Under the pieces are notes generated by a model that searched no databases, was not told the origin of the DNA, and saw only the letters and a list, made by a program, of their open reading frames with translations. A program made the translations under genes and the position numbers. Source: an uncultured Gemmatimonadales bacterium (GTDB lineage Bacteria; Gemmatimonadota; Gemmatimonadetes; Palauibacterales; Palauibacteraceae). Taken from it: a DNA stretch of 64,000 nt. Shown here one piece after another: positions 42,008 to 52,599 of this stretch (position 1 is the stretch's first letter; every line of letters starts with the position of its first letter). The DNA lies in NCBI GenBank assembly GCA_963783385.1, contig CAWANJ010000001.1, forward strand, positions 576,001 through 640,000, in the 5' to 3' direction.

Positions 42008-42892
42008 ATGCGCATAGCGTTCCTGGGGCTCGGCCGGATGGGACTGCCGATGGCGAGGAATCTCCTCGCCGCGGGACACGAGCTCGTCGTGTACAACCGT
42101 ACGCGCAGCCGCGCCGAGGCGCTGGAGTCGGAGGGAGCCCGGGTGGCCGGGTCTCCCGCGGAGGCGGCCGAGGACGCGGAGGTCCTGGTGACGATGCTGG
42201 CCGACGACGCGGCCGTCGAGCGCACGGTCCTGGGCGCGTCCGGCGCGCTGGCCACCCTCCCGGAGGGCGCCATCCACCTGTCGATGAGCACGATCAGCAC
42301 CGCCCTCTCCCGCCGGCTGGGCCGGGAGCACGCGGCCGCCGGGCAAGCCTACGTCGCCGCCCCGGTGTTCGGCCGGCCGGAGGCCGCCGCCTCCGCCGAG
42401 CTGTGGGTGCTCGCCGCGGGAGCGCCGGAGGCGATCGACCGCGCGCGGCCGGTGATGGAGGCCCTGGGCCAGGGCGTGATCGAGCTCGGCGAGGAGCCCG
42501 AGACGGCCAACCTCGTGAAGGTGGCGGGGAACTTCCTCCTCTCGTCGATGCTGGAGGGGATGGCCGAGGCGTTCGCCCTCGTCCGCAAAAACGGCGTGGA
42601 TCCCGAGCTCTTCCTTGACATCGTGAACGGCCGCCTCTTCCGGTCCCCCATCTACGAAGGCTACGGCGGGCTCATGGTTCGCGGCGGCTACGAGCCCGCC
42701 GGCTTCGCCCTCAAGCTGGGCCTCAAGGACACGCGGCTCGTCCTGGCCGCCGGCGACGAATCGGAGGTCCCGATGCCTGCCGCCAGCGTGGTCCGTGACC
42801 GGTACCTGACGGGGATGGCCCGCGGCCTCGGGGAGCTGGACTGGGCCGGCCTCGGTCGGATCGCGGCCGAGGACGCGGGGCTGGACGGCTAG
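42008..42892 (+). CDS. NAD(P)-dependent beta-hydroxyacid dehydrogenase (3-hydroxyisobutyrate dehydrogenase family)
   Basis: GLGRMG, YNRT, MSTIS, APVFG, KVAGN, KD. Confidence 0.9.
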   Translation: MRIAFLGLGRMGLPMARNLLAAGHELVVYNRTRSRAEALESEGARVAGSPAEAAEDAEVLVTMLADDAAVERTVLGASGALATLPEGAIHLSMSTISTALSRRLGREHAAAGQAYVAAPVFGRPEAAASAELWVLAAGAPEAIDRARPVMEALGQGVIELGEEPETANLVKVAGNFLLSSMLEGMAEAFALVRKNGVDPELFLDIVNGRLFRSPIYEGYGGLMVRGGYEPAGFALKLGLKDTRLVLAAGDESEVPMPAASVVRDRYLTGMARGLGELDWAGLGRIAAEDAGLDG

Positions 42893-42923
42893 GCCGGGGA
42901 ACGCCGCGAGTCGAGGGTGCCGC

Positions 42924-43856
42924 TCAGGGAGTGAAGAACGCTCCCATCGACGGCGCGTCGGCCGCGGCGGCGGGCCAGCGGTTCACCCCGAGGCTCTCGA
43001 GCACCAGCCGCAGCGTGCTCGCGTGCTGGAAGAAGGTGTCGGAGCGGTAGCCCCTCCGGGCCCGCGGACTCACCACCACCCACGGCACCCGTCCGCCTCC
43101 GTGGGCCGCATCGCTGTCGTGCGCCTCGTCGAAGGTGATGATCAACAGCCCGTCGGCCTGGAACGTCGGGCTCGCCAGGAGAGGCCCGATGTGATCCCGC
43201 AGCCACGCGTCCGCCACGGCCAGGGAGCAGTCGTGACCATCGTGGCACAGGTTCGGGACGATGTTGGCGAAATCCGGCAGCGATCCGGCGGCGAGGTCCT
43301 GCGCGAACCGGGTGAACGGGACCAGGTTGGCGCGCTGAACCGAGTCGTTCACGACATCCGACAGCAGCGCGAACACGTTGTGCTTGCGTGCGTATGCGCC
43401 CGTGTCCCCGCCCACGTAGCCGACGGAGGGGAGGTCTTCGGCGTACGACTTCCAGGTCCTGCCCGAGGCCACCAGGCGCCTGGCCACGTTGTCCACGTCC
43501 ACGACCGTGGCGTAGCCGTCGTCGTTGGTGACCACCTGCCCGGTGGCCAGCATGAAGTAGTTGCCGATCGACGGGTGCGTGTCGGCGAAGTACCGGGTGG
43601 CGAGGCCGAAGGAATCCGCCAGGCTGTTCAGGTAGGGCATGGCGGAGTCGCCGATCACATCCGTGTAACCGTGGTTCTCCTCGACCACCAGGATGACGTG
43701 ATCGAACCGGCCCGCGTCCGGCGGGGGGGCCGGGCCGATCGGCGTCGTGGCCCGACCGCACGCCGCGAGGGCCAACGCCAGCACTCCCGCCAACAGCGGG
43801 GGCCCCCGGCGCGGATGGCCCGTGCGCGACCCCGGGGTCCGGTCGATCGAAGCCAC
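42924..43856 (-). CDS. Phosphoesterase / SapM-like acid phosphatase lipoprotein (start uncertain)
   Basis: Lipobox LAAC, EENH, THPSIGNY, YARKHN, DGHD, TFDE. Confidence 0.8.
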   Translation of the reverse strand: MASIDRTPGSRTGHPRRGPPLLAGVLALALAACGRATTPIGPAPPPDAGRFDHVILVVEENHGYTDVIGDSAMPYLNSLADSFGLATRYFADTHPSIGNYFMLATGQVVTNDDGYATVVDVDNVARRLVASGRTWKSYAEDLPSVGYVGGDTGAYARKHNVFALLSDVVNDSVQRANLVPFTRFAQDLAAGSLPDFANIVPNLCHDGHDCSLAVADAWLRDHIGPLLASPTFQADGLLIITFDEAHDSDAAHGGGRVPWVVVSPRARRGYRSDTFFQHASTLRLVLESLGVNRWPAAAADAPSMGAFFTP

Positions 43857-43887
43857 CGCAGCTCGCCGACTCGCCGAAGCCCGCGGT

Positions 43888-44511
43888 TCAGTCCGGGGTG
43901 GCCCCGCTGTGCAGGGCGCCGTGACCGGCTCCCGTCCCGCCGTGCGGCCCCGGTACGCGGACGCCGCCCATGCCGCGCGGGCCACCCGCGCCCATGACGT
44001 GCAGGAGCCGGATGCCGTAGAGGGCGTTGGACCGCTGGCCCGGCGTCAGGACGTCCAGGGCCTTCTGCGCGCGCCTCGCGACCTCCATGCGCCGGGCGAC
44101 CATGCTGTCCGCCTCCGCCCGGACGGCCTTCCCGTAGGCCGATAGGTCCAGCCGGTCCCCCTCGAGCGCCGCGGCGAGGCGGTCGTGGATCGCGGAGAGC
44201 CGGCCGCGGCGGGACTGTAGATCCCGCTCGGCCTCGGCATGGAGAGCCGCGAGCTTCTTCACCTGCGCGTCGTCCAGACCCAGCGCCTCACGCTGCCGCA
44301 GCAGCATGAGGGGCAGGTGGGCCAGCGGGTCGATCCCGACCATGCCAGCCATGCCGCCGGCGGACGGACCCTGCATGGGTCGCACCACCCTGGGAACGGG
44401 GTCCGTCCCCGGGTGGGGCGACTCCGGCGGCTCCTGGCCGCTCGTCCCGGCGGAGAGCCCCACCATCGCCACCGCGGCCACCACGGTCGCCACCCCGATC
44501 ATCCCGCGCAT
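43888..44511 (-). CDS. Spy/CpxP-family periplasmic chaperone-like protein
   Basis: Signal peptide, Met/Gly-rich segments, two LTxxQ-like motifs (LGLDDAQ, VLTPGQR). Confidence 0.7.
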   Translation of the reverse strand: MRGMIGVATVVAAVAMVGLSAGTSGQEPPESPHPGTDPVPRVVRPMQGPSAGGMAGMVGIDPLAHLPLMLLRQREALGLDDAQVKKLAALHAEAERDLQSRRGRLSAIHDRLAAALEGDRLDLSAYGKAVRAEADSMVARRMEVARRAQKALDVLTPGQRSNALYGIRLLHVMGAGGPRGMGGVRVPGPHGGTGAGHGALHSGATPD

Positions 44512-44637
44512 GCTCGCCTCCCCTCGGATCCACGATCCATCCATGACGACGAAAGGCGGCCCACGGGAACCCCCGCGCGCCGCCTTCCGCCTTCCGCCGC
44601 TCGCCGCGTCAACCGCGGCGACCCCGCACGTTTCGCT

Positions 44638-44901
44638 CTACCAGCGGCTCCCGCCGCCGACCTCGCCGCCACTGGCGGCGCCGCCGGCCGGGGCGTCGAG
44701 ACGCACCACGTTCTGGGCCTTGGGCCCCTTCGGATCGTCGATGATGTCGAACTCCACGTTCTCGCCCTCGTCCAGGGTCTTGAAGCCCGAGCCCTGAATG
44801 GTGCTGTGGTGGACGAAGACGTCCTCACCGTTCTCTCGCTCAATGAAGCCGTACCCCTTCTCGTTGGAGAACCACTTCACCTTGCCCTTGGTGCGACTCA
44901 T
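44638..44901 (-). CDS. Cold-shock protein (CspA family) with Gly-rich tail
   Basis: GKVKWF, KGYGFI, DVFVH, GPKAQNV. Confidence 0.96.
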   Translation of the reverse strand: MSRTKGKVKWFSNEKGYGFIERENGEDVFVHHSTIQGSGFKTLDEGENVEFDIIDDPKGPKAQNVVRLDAPAGGAASGGEVGGGSRW

Positions 44902-45212
44902 GCTCTCATCCTCTCTTGTGTCGAATCACTTCGCGACGCCACGTGACGTCGCACGGTACGGCGAGCATCGAGACTCGCCACGAGCGCGGCCTGCGGCGTC
45001 CACGTCACGCCCGACCTGGAGACTCCGGAAAGAGCCGGTGGGGTGATGGGATGCGAAGGCAGGCGGCAAGCCGATCCGTCCGGTCCGGGAAGAGGTGTTC
45101 TTTCGCTCACGGGGTGCGGCGGAAAGGAGACTCCTCGTATGCGCAGGCGCTCGCTGAAAGGGCGCTCCGGGCAGGGTTCGTGTCGGCCGATACTGCCGGC
45201 GCTCGGCATTGG

Positions 45213-45241
45213 AGTATAGGCGTAACGGCGTATTCTGTCCA
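45213..45241 (-). promoter_or_regulatory. Candidate sigma-70 promoter for the cold-shock gene
   Basis: TGGACA-N17-TATACT. Confidence 0.6.
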
Positions 45242-45305
45242 GTCCTTCCAAAAAGAGGAGTCGCGTCGCGGCGCGGAACGACCCCATCCAACCGCAGCAA
45301 TGTCT

Positions 45306-46724
45306 TCAGCTTCCGGCGTTGTCGTCCCGATAGACCCGGCCCGCCTTCATGACGAAGCGCACCTTCTCGAGCGCCGATATGTCGCTCGTGGGATCTCCCC
45401 GCACGGCCACCAGGTCCGCCTGAAGACCCGGGCGTACCTGCCCGATCGTGTCCTCGAGACCCAGAATGCGGGCGTCCACGGCGGTCGCCGCCAGCAGAGC
45501 TCGCGCCGGCGACATGCCGTCCCGGACCATCCACTCCAGCTCGCGGTAGCTCGTCCCGTGCGTGAACACGCCGACGTCGCTCCCGCACCCGATCGTGACC
45601 CCGGCCTCCATCGCCAGGCGGAAGGCTCGGGCCGCCTGGCGGATGTCCGCGCTGGGTGGACTGCCGGGCTTCCAGCCCTGGAAGTACTCCGCGTACGCCG
45701 CCTGCGCCGCCAGGGTGGGCAGGTAGGCGATCCCCCTCTCGGCCATGAGCTTGAAGACGTCCGCCGTCCCGCCGTACCCGTGCTCGATGGTGTTGACGCC
45801 GGCCTCCGCGGCCCGGCGCATGCCCGCCGCGGTGGTGGCGTGAGCGGAGATCCGGCGTCCGGCCGAATGGGCCTCCGCCACCGCGGTACGAAGCTCCTCC
45901 TCGTTCAGCGTCGGAACGGCCTCGCCTCCGGGACCCCGTCCGTAGTCCGCGTACACCTTGATCCAGTCGGCGCCGTGACCGGCCTGCTCCCGAACCGCGG
46001 CCAGCATCTGGTCAGGGCCGCTCACCTCCTGGGCCCCCTTGGGCGGATCGAAATCGTAGGCGAATCCCCGTGGTCCCGGCCCATAGCTGCCCGTGGCCAC
46101 GATGGCCCGGGTGGCCACCAGCAGCCGTGGACCGGGGATGAGGCCCTGGTTGATGGCGTCGCGCACGGAGAGGTCCGCGTAGCCGGCTCCCTCCGTGCCC
46201 AGGTCGCGCAGCGTGGTGAAGCCCATCATCAGGGTGTTGCGGGCGTGGAGCACGGCCTCGACCACCCGGTAGGGCCGCGGTTCCTTCAGGACCTGATCGT
46301 TCCAGAGCGTCTCGTCGTAGGGGTGGAGGAAGACATGCGAGTGCGCGTCGATGAGACCGGGGAGGAGGGTCGTGCCGGGCAGGTCGATGATCCGCGTGCC
46401 GCCGGGAGCACGCACCTGGCCGGCGGGACCGACCGCGGCGATCGAGTCGCCCTCGACCAGGACGACCCAACCGTCGTGCGCCGTCTCTCCCGTGGCATCG
46501 AACACGCGGTCGGGACGGAGGAGCACGGGTCCGCCGGGCGCCGGCGGCACCTCCGGCGCGTAACCCTCCCGCGCCGGAAGGGTGACGGCCGAGAGCCTCG
46601 ATCCCCCCTGCTGGGCCGCGGCGCCCACCGGCGCGCCAACCAGGACCGCCGCGCACAGGGCGGCTCCCGCCTGGAGCCACGTCCCGCGCCCCGCCCGGCA
46701 CCTCGAGTGTCGCTCCGCGTTCAT
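45306..46724 (-). CDS. Exported amidohydrolase-family protein (Xaa-Pro dipeptidase-like)
   Basis: Signal peptide, [26 protein letters not shown]. Confidence 0.88.
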   Translation of the reverse strand: MNAERHSRCRAGRGTWLQAGAALCAAVLVGAPVGAAAQQGGSRLSAVTLPAREGYAPEVPPAPGGPVLLRPDRVFDATGETAHDGWVVLVEGDSIAAVGPAGQVRAPGGTRIIDLPGTTLLPGLIDAHSHVFLHPYDETLWNDQVLKEPRPYRVVEAVLHARNTLMMGFTTLRDLGTEGAGYADLSVRDAINQGLIPGPRLLVATRAIVATGSYGPGPRGFAYDFDPPKGAQEVSGPDQMLAAVREQAGHGADWIKVYADYGRGPGGEAVPTLNEEELRTAVAEAHSAGRRISAHATTAAGMRRAAEAGVNTIEHGYGGTADVFKLMAERGIAYLPTLAAQAAYAEYFQGWKPGSPPSADIRQAARAFRLAMEAGVTIGCGSDVGVFTHGTSYRELEWMVRDGMSPARALLAATAVDARILGLEDTIGQVRPGLQADLVAVRGDPTSDISALEKVRFVMKAGRVYRDDNAGS

Positions 46725-46768
46725 CTCGCTCCTCCCTCCCCGTCTCGCGTCATCCTCCCGGGTGGCCC

Positions 46769-48739
46769 CTACCACGGGTCCCCCGGGCTCTCCGCTTCCC
46801 CGACGTCCCGTCCGGTCCGGCGATGGTACGCGAACGCCGTCGCCAGCGCGATGAGAGCCAGGAGGAGGAACGAACCCACGCGATACAGGGCCCGCAGAGC
46901 CGTGAGGTCGTAGAACACCACCTTGAGAAGCGCCAGACCGGAGACGGCGAGCCCCGCGATCCTCACGGGACGGCGGTCCCGCCAGAACCCCCAGGTGAGC
47001 AGTCCCCCCGCGTAGCACAGCCAGAACACGCTGACCGCCAGCGCCCGCGCCAGGGTTCCGCTCGAGGGGGGGAACACCCGGAGGACCTCAATGGTGCCGC
47101 CGGCCAGTCCCAGCAGCAGGGCCACGGCCCGAACCGCCGACCGGAAGCCATCCGGGGCCCGCCCCGACCCGCCAAGGAAGCGTGGCATCCGGACGAGACC
47201 GGGCGGTCGGCCCGTTCCGCTCGCCTCCGAGCCCGCCAGGGGGCCGCCGAGGAGCACGAGGCAGGCGAGAATCAGGTACAGGGACCACGCCCAGGGTCCG
47301 CCCAGCGCCGTGATCGCCGCGTCCCCGATCGGCCGTGCGTACAGGTCCAGAGACAGGAGCCGCAGGGCCGCCACGACCTCCAGGGCGGGCCCCACCCAGC
47401 GCGCCGACGCGAGCGAGCGCGGCCGGGTCAGCAGGCCCGAGGCCAGGCCCAGGAGTGCCAGCGCGCAGGTGGCGACCAGTCCCGTGAGCTCCCCGGCCGC
47501 CGCCCAGGCCGCGATGGCCATGCCGACCGCGTGAGCCGCCGTGTTCCTGCGGGCGATCCCCCCTGCCAGGTAGGGCAGCGCCGGCAGGACCAGCGTCAGC
47601 GCCGGGTGTGCAGCCAGGCCCGCCGGGGCCGCCGCCTGCGCCGCGAGGGCCCAGCCCAGCCCCCCGGCCACCAGCCACGGCCAGGCCGGCGCCTCGCCAC
47701 GCGCCGCCGGCCGGGCCGGGACAGCGCTCCGCCGCGATGGACGCCGAAGCCCCAGGCGCCACGCCGGCAGCGCCATGATCGGGAAGCAAGCGTACAGGCC
47801 CCAGGCGGCGGACGTCCCCTGGACCCGGAGGGCGGCAGCCACCAGGAGTGTCCAGGAGGCCGCGACGACGAACCCCCGCAGGCCCGGCCAGCCCCGCACC
47901 CTGGCCGCCATGGACGCCAGTGCCCCACCGCCGGCGAACGCCAGGCCCAGGAGCCACGGGTGGGCGGCATCGAGGGCATAGGCGCCCAGGAGCAGGTAGG
48001 CGCCCAGGGCCGCCACCCCGAACGCCGCCCGCCAGCCTCGCAGCGCCGCCACCGTACCGGTGCCGAACGCCACGAACACGGCGTAGACGACGAGCAGGTT
48101 GGCCGCCCCGGCCGCGTCGGGCAGGAGGAGGGGGGCCAGGTAGGCGCCCGCGCCCGCCAGCGCGGCGAGGACGTGCTCGTCCAGGCGCGCAGCCCGCATG
48201 AGCATGACCATGGCCACCAGGCCCAGGAGGAGGATCCCGGACCACGGCGGCACGATCCGGTGCGGGCCGGCGGCCGCCCACACGGCCAGGTACGCCACCG
48301 CGCCCCCGCCTCCCACCAGCGCGGCACCGTAGTGCCGCATGCCGCGACCGACCAGCCGCTCTCCCTGCCACCACAGCACCCCACCCACCGCGAGCCCGGC
48401 CAGGATCCGGAACAGGGGGGAGATCCAGCCACGCTCGAACGCGTACTGCAGCAGGAAGGCGGCCGAGACCACCAGGGCCAGGAGCCCGATGACGAGCAGA
48501 CCGCGCTGCCCCAGCCACTGCTCCACGTCGGGGCCGGGCCCCGGACGCCCGGCCGCGAGCCCCTGCGGGGCGGCCTCGCCGCCGAGCGGCGTGGCTTCCC
48601 CCGCGGGCTCGGGGGACGTCGGCCGCTCCTCCTCGCCGGCGGCCCGGGACCGGTGCGCCGCTTCCTCGGGCGTCAGCCCTCCCAGGCGGATGAGCATGGC
48701 CCGGCGGAGCTGGCCGATCTCCTCCTCGAGAGACGCCAT
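46769..48739 (-). CDS. DUF2339-family polytopic membrane protein
   Basis: EQWLG...[11 protein letters not shown]-terminus; KVVFYDL...YRVGSF C-terminus. Confidence 0.8.
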   Translation of the reverse strand: MASLEEEIGQLRRAMLIRLGGLTPEEAAHRSRAAGEEERPTSPEPAGEATPLGGEAAPQGLAAGRPGPGPDVEQWLGQRGLLVIGLLALVVSAAFLLQYAFERGWISPLFRILAGLAVGGVLWWQGERLVGRGMRHYGAALVGGGGAVAYLAVWAAAGPHRIVPPWSGILLLGLVAMVMLMRAARLDEHVLAALAGAGAYLAPLLLPDAAGAANLLVVYAVFVAFGTGTVAALRGWRAAFGVAALGAYLLLGAYALDAAHPWLLGLAFAGGGALASMAARVRGWPGLRGFVVAASWTLLVAAALRVQGTSAAWGLYACFPIMALPAWRLGLRRPSRRSAVPARPAARGEAPAWPWLVAGGLGWALAAQAAAPAGLAAHPALTLVLPALPYLAGGIARRNTAAHAVGMAIAAWAAAGELTGLVATCALALLGLASGLLTRPRSLASARWVGPALEVVAALRLLSLDLYARPIGDAAITALGGPWAWSLYLILACLVLLGGPLAGSEASGTGRPPGLVRMPRFLGGSGRAPDGFRSAVRAVALLLGLAGGTIEVLRVFPPSSGTLARALAVSVFWLCYAGGLLTWGFWRDRRPVRIAGLAVSGLALLKVVFYDLTALRALYRVGSFLLLALIALATAFAYHRRTGRDVGEAESPGDPW

Positions 48740-48775
48740 GCGGCGCTCGAGCCGGTCGAATGCGAGGGTCGTCGG

Positions 48776-49876
48776 TCACCGCAGCGTCCACAGCGCGGCG
48801 TGGGCCCGCACGCCGCCGGCGGCACCGTCCGACTGGCTCACGCCCACGACGAGCCCGCTCTCGTCGAGTCCGTAGGCCTGGCTCTGATCGCCGCCCAGCG
48901 TGCCGAGGTCGGTCGGGCGCCCGTCACGCCACAGCACGGCGTGGAACGTCGGCGGCCGGCCCGGGGACGCACCGAGATCCGCCGTGCCCGCCACCGTTCC
49001 GGCGGCGCCGATCGCCCGGGCGTGGCTGTCCGGTCCGCCCAGCGTGCCGAGGTCCCGCATACCGCGCCCGGCCTCCCACCCGAAGGCGTGCTCCGAACCC
49101 GGCTCCAGGCCGGCGGTCCGGACCGCACTGGTCCCGGCCACCTGGCCCCGGTCGTTGATCCCGTACGCCCGGCTCTGTCGGCCGCCGAGAGTGCCCAGGT
49201 CCCGCATGCCGCCCCGCACCTCCCACAGGAAGGCGTGCTCGGCGCCGCTCACCAGCCGTCCCCGTCGGACGGGCGTCACGTCGCTCGAGCCCACCACCTG
49301 GCCGCGGTCGTTGATCCCGTACGCCCGGCTCCGGGTCCCCCCCAGCGTGCCGAGGTCCTGGATGCGGCCCGCCCGCCACAGCACGGCGTGCGCGCCGATG
49401 GCGTGCAGCCGACCCGGCTCGACGTCGCTCTCGCCCACGACCTCCCCGCGCTCGTTGATCGCGTAGGCCCGGCTGTCTCGCCCCCCGAGCGTTCCCAGGT
49501 CCCGCATGCGCCCATCCTCCCAGAGGAAGGCGTGCACAGCGATGGGACCCTCCCGCGGCAGGGCCGTGGTGCTGGCACCCACGACCTGGCCCCGGTCGTT
49601 GATCGCGTAGGCCCAGCTCTGCCGACCGCCCAGCGTGCCCAGGTCCCGCATGCCCCGGCCCGCCTCCCACAGGAAGGCGTGCAGGTCACCCGAGGCCGTG
49701 GCGCTGGTGCCCACGACCTCCCCACGACCGTTGACGCCGGCGGCCTGGCTGGTGGCGCCGCCCAGCGTCCCCAGGTCCGTGACCGCGGCGCCCCGGGGCG
49801 CCGCACCCCGTGGCGGGGCCGCCGCGACCACCAGGAGGAGGGTGGCGAGAGCGGGCGGTCCGCCCCGAGCGATCAC
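48776..49876 (-). CDS. Secreted HAF-repeat protein (7 repeats, probable beta-propeller)
   Basis: Signal peptide; seven DLGTLGG...A.(G/A)(I/V)N..G.VVG...HA(F/V)LW repeats; GTGA overlap with the ggt stop. Confidence 0.85.
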   Translation of the reverse strand: MIARGGPPALATLLLVVAAAPPRGAAPRGAAVTDLGTLGGATSQAAGVNGRGEVVGTSATASGDLHAFLWEAGRGMRDLGTLGGRQSWAYAINDRGQVVGASTTALPREGPIAVHAFLWEDGRMRDLGTLGGRDSRAYAINERGEVVGESDVEPGRLHAIGAHAVLWRAGRIQDLGTLGGTRSRAYGINDRGQVVGSSDVTPVRRGRLVSGAEHAFLWEVRGGMRDLGTLGGRQSRAYGINDRGQVAGTSAVRTAGLEPGSEHAFGWEAGRGMRDLGTLGGPDSHARAIGAAGTVAGTADLGASPGRPPTFHAVLWRDGRPTDLGTLGGDQSQAYGLDESGLVVGVSQSDGAAGGVRAHAALWTLR

Positions 49877-51897
49877 CACGCGATGCCGTAGTCCTCGCCG
49901 TAGTCGCTGGCCGCGCCCCAGAAGGTGCCGTGCTCCCAGTCGACGAAGATGGCGGTAATGGGTCCGGAAGTGCGGTCCCGGAAGTCCTCGGTGTAGCCCA
50001 TCTGCCGGAGCTTCCAGCGCACCCACGGGGGCGTGTCCGCGTTGAGCGTGATGTGGCCGGGCCTGGAGCCGTGGTCGCCGAACGAGCTCCGCATCTGGTA
50101 GCTGTTGAAGTTGGGTGCCTCGGCCGCCTGCTGGACGTTGAACCCGAAGTCGACCACGTCCAGGAAGAACTGCAGGAGGTTCTGGTCCTGCGTGTCGCCT
50201 CCCTGTACGGCCATGGCCAGGTAGGGCTTTCCGTCCTTGAGGGCGAGGGTCGGCGTGAGCGTGGCGCGCGGCCGCTGGCCCGGCTGGACGACGTTGTACG
50301 GGTCCTCGGCCGAGTCCAGCACGAAGCTCTGCATGCGCTCGCTGAGGCCGACGCCCGTGTGGCCGGCGACGACGGCGGGGATCCACCCGCCGCTGGGCGT
50401 CACGGAGATGACCCACCCGTGCGGCCCCGCCGCCTCGATGGAGGTGGTGCCGCGGGTGAACGACTCCAGGAAGGCGCTGTCCACCGGCGCCCGGTTCGCC
50501 ATGGCCAGGCGCGCCGCCTCGGAGGGCGACGAGGAGCTCTGCTCAGCCGGGGCCGGGCCGGTAGTGTGCCAGCGGGCCAGGTAGTCCAGGAAGGGGTTCG
50601 TCCCCTGCTGGTACTCGTACGGGTTCCCCGGCTTCACGTCCGGGTCGTTGTGGTCCGGGTCGATGAGCTTCGCCCGGGCCGCCGCGTAGTCCCTGGACAG
50701 GAGCCCCTGGATGGGCTCGGCCGGCGGCACGTATGGGTCGCCGTAGTAGAAGTCCCGGTCCGCGTAGGCCAGGTTCATGGCCTGGTAGATGGTGTGGATG
50801 TAGCGGGCGCTGTTCAGCCCCATGTCCTCCAGGTCGAAGTGCTCGAGGATGTTGAGGACCTGCAGCATGACGGGGCCCTGGACCCAGCTCGTCAGCTTGT
50901 AGACGTCGATGCCCTTGTAGGTGGCGTGGACGGGCTCCTCGATGTGGACCTTCCAGTTCGCCAGGTCCTGCGTGGTGATCAGCCCGCCCTGCTCCTGGAC
51001 CGAGCGCGCCAGCTCCCTGGCGATGTCGCCCCGGTAGAAGCGGTCGTAGGCCGCGTAGATGGCCTCCTTGCGGGTCTTGCCCTGCTTCAGGGCCTCCTGC
51101 TCGGCGTCGACCAGTTCGTGCAACGTCCTGGCCAGGTCGGGCTGCCGGAACACCTCGCCCGCGTGCGGGGCCTCGCGCGCTTCGCCCGGGTGTGTGAGAA
51201 AGAGCGCCCGCGAGTACTTCCACTTCTCGATCATGTCCTTGTAGTGCTCGATGGAGTTGGCCGTCTGGGCCTCCATCGCGTACCCGTTCTCGGCCATCTC
51301 GATGGCCGGGGCGAGGACCTGCTTCAGGCTCATGGTGCCGTACTCAGCCAGCATGGTCATGAGCCCGCCGGGCGTGCCGGGCGTCACGGCGGCCAGCGGC
51401 CCGTAGGCGGGCGGGTACTTCAGCCCCTTCTTCTTGAAGAAATCGGCCGTCGCGCCCGTGGGAGCCACGCCGAGCGCGTTGATGCCGATCACCTTCTTCG
51501 TGTTCGGATCGTAGATGAGGGCCTGCGTCTCCCCGCCCCAGGACAGCACGTCCCACATGGTGGCCCCGGCCGCCAGCATGGCGCACGCGGCGTCCACCGC
51601 GTTGCCCCCCTCCTGGAAGATCTGCGCGCCCGCCTCGGCCGACAGCGGCTTCCCGGTGATCGCCACCCAGTGCTTGCCGTGCAGCACGGGCTTGTGGGTC
51701 ACCTGCGCCGCCACCGGCCGCACCGAGGTCGCCAGCAGCCCGGCGAGGAGGACGAGGCAGGCGACTCGAACCCGCGGACCACGCGCCCCCGAACCTCCAT
51801 CGGGTCGGCCGTCCCGCCGGTCGTGCGCACCCACGTCGGAGGCCTCGAGGGCCGTGACCCGGTCCCTGTGCGGGTGTACGTCGTGTCTCGCCATCAT
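49873..51897 (-). CDS. ggt: Exported gamma-glutamyltransferase family protein
   Basis: GGNAVDAA, FYRG, AYADRD.YYGDP, autoprocessing Thr (G|TTS), GGD. Confidence 0.9.
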   Translation of the reverse strand: MMARHDVHPHRDRVTALEASDVGAHDRRDGRPDGGSGARGPRVRVACLVLLAGLLATSVRPVAAQVTHKPVLHGKHWVAITGKPLSAEAGAQIFQEGGNAVDAACAMLAAGATMWDVLSWGGETQALIYDPNTKKVIGINALGVAPTGATADFFKKKGLKYPPAYGPLAAVTPGTPGGLMTMLAEYGTMSLKQVLAPAIEMAENGYAMEAQTANSIEHYKDMIEKWKYSRALFLTHPGEAREAPHAGEVFRQPDLARTLHELVDAEQEALKQGKTRKEAIYAAYDRFYRGDIARELARSVQEQGGLITTQDLANWKVHIEEPVHATYKGIDVYKLTSWVQGPVMLQVLNILEHFDLEDMGLNSARYIHTIYQAMNLAYADRDFYYGDPYVPPAEPIQGLLSRDYAAARAKLIDPDHNDPDVKPGNPYEYQQGTNPFLDYLARWHTTGPAPAEQSSSSPSEAARLAMANRAPVDSAFLESFTRGTTSIEAAGPHGWVISVTPSGGWIPAVVAGHTGVGLSERMQSFVLDSAEDPYNVVQPGQRPRATLTPTLALKDGKPYLAMAVQGGDTQDQNLLQFFLDVVDFGFNVQQAAEAPNFNSYQMRSSFGDHGSRPGHITLNADTPPWVRWKLRQMGYTEDFRDRTSGPITAIFVDWEHGTFWGAASDYGEDYGIAW

Positions 51898-51921
51898 CTC
51901 CTCGCTTGCTGTGGCCGCGCG

Positions 51922-52449
51922 TCAGTCGCCGGAGGGCGAGTCCCGGGGCGGCAGCACGACCAGCTGACCGTACATGAATGGAGCGTGCGACGGAATGTCG
52001 CACACGAACCTGAACAGTCCCACACGGGACGCCACCACCGTGTCGATCACGGTGGACTGGCCGGGCAGATCGAGGGCGGCGTGCCCGTCCAGCGCGAAGG
52101 TGTGAAGGTCGTCCTCCGGGTTCACCAGCACCAGGCGGAGCGTGTCCCCACGGTACGCCACCAGGACGGACGGCTGGAAGGCGTAGATCTCCTTGCCTTC
52201 CAGGACCCCGCCCCCGCCGAAGTCCTTCTTCAGGAACGGATACAGGTCCTGCTGCTCCTTGATGAGGAGCGGCACGGCCGTCACGGTGAAGCTCCGCAGG
52301 CGGGGTCGGTAGGCGTCGCGTCCCGAGGCCTCACGGCCACCGGCGCCGGGCCCGCAGGCCGCGGCTCCGAGGAGCGCGAGGGCGCCCGCGACGAGGCGGA
52401 ATCCGCCGCCTGCGCGGCGTGAGCCCGCGTGCCTCCGCTCGACCTCCAT
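51922..52449 (-). CDS. Cupredoxin-domain lipoprotein
   Basis: Lipobox AAAC; type-1 Cu ligand set H...CDIPSHAPFM. Confidence 0.8.
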   Translation of the reverse strand: MEVERRHAGSRRAGGGFRLVAGALALLGAAACGPGAGGREASGRDAYRPRLRSFTVTAVPLLIKEQQDLYPFLKKDFGGGGVLEGKEIYAFQPSVLVAYRGDTLRLVLVNPEDDLHTFALDGHAALDLPGQSTVIDTVVASRVGLFRFVCDIPSHAPFMYGQLVVLPPRDSPSGD

Positions 52450-52533
52450 GCGGCCTCCCCCGGGGGTGGTGAGCCGTCGCCCCTCCTCGGCGCCCGGCAT
52501 GCCCAGCCTAGAGGACGCCGCGGGGCCCGGCAA

Positions 52534-52549
52534 CGGCACGCCCCCTGCT
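52534..52549 (+). promoter_or_regulatory. Candidate sigma-54 promoter
   Basis: CGGCACGCCCCCTGCT (GG-N10-GC) about 50 nt upstream of ATG 52600, which has an AGGAG RBS. Confidence 0.6.
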
Positions 52550-52599
52550 GGAAGGGGCACCGCGGCTTCTCGCTCTCACATCGCGCACGGAGGAGACCG

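Noticed and set aside
48776-49780. Regularly spaced DNA repeats as a CRISPR array or DGR template
   Set aside because: They are in-frame coding repeats about 130-155 bp apart with synonymous variation; no cas or reverse transcriptase gene
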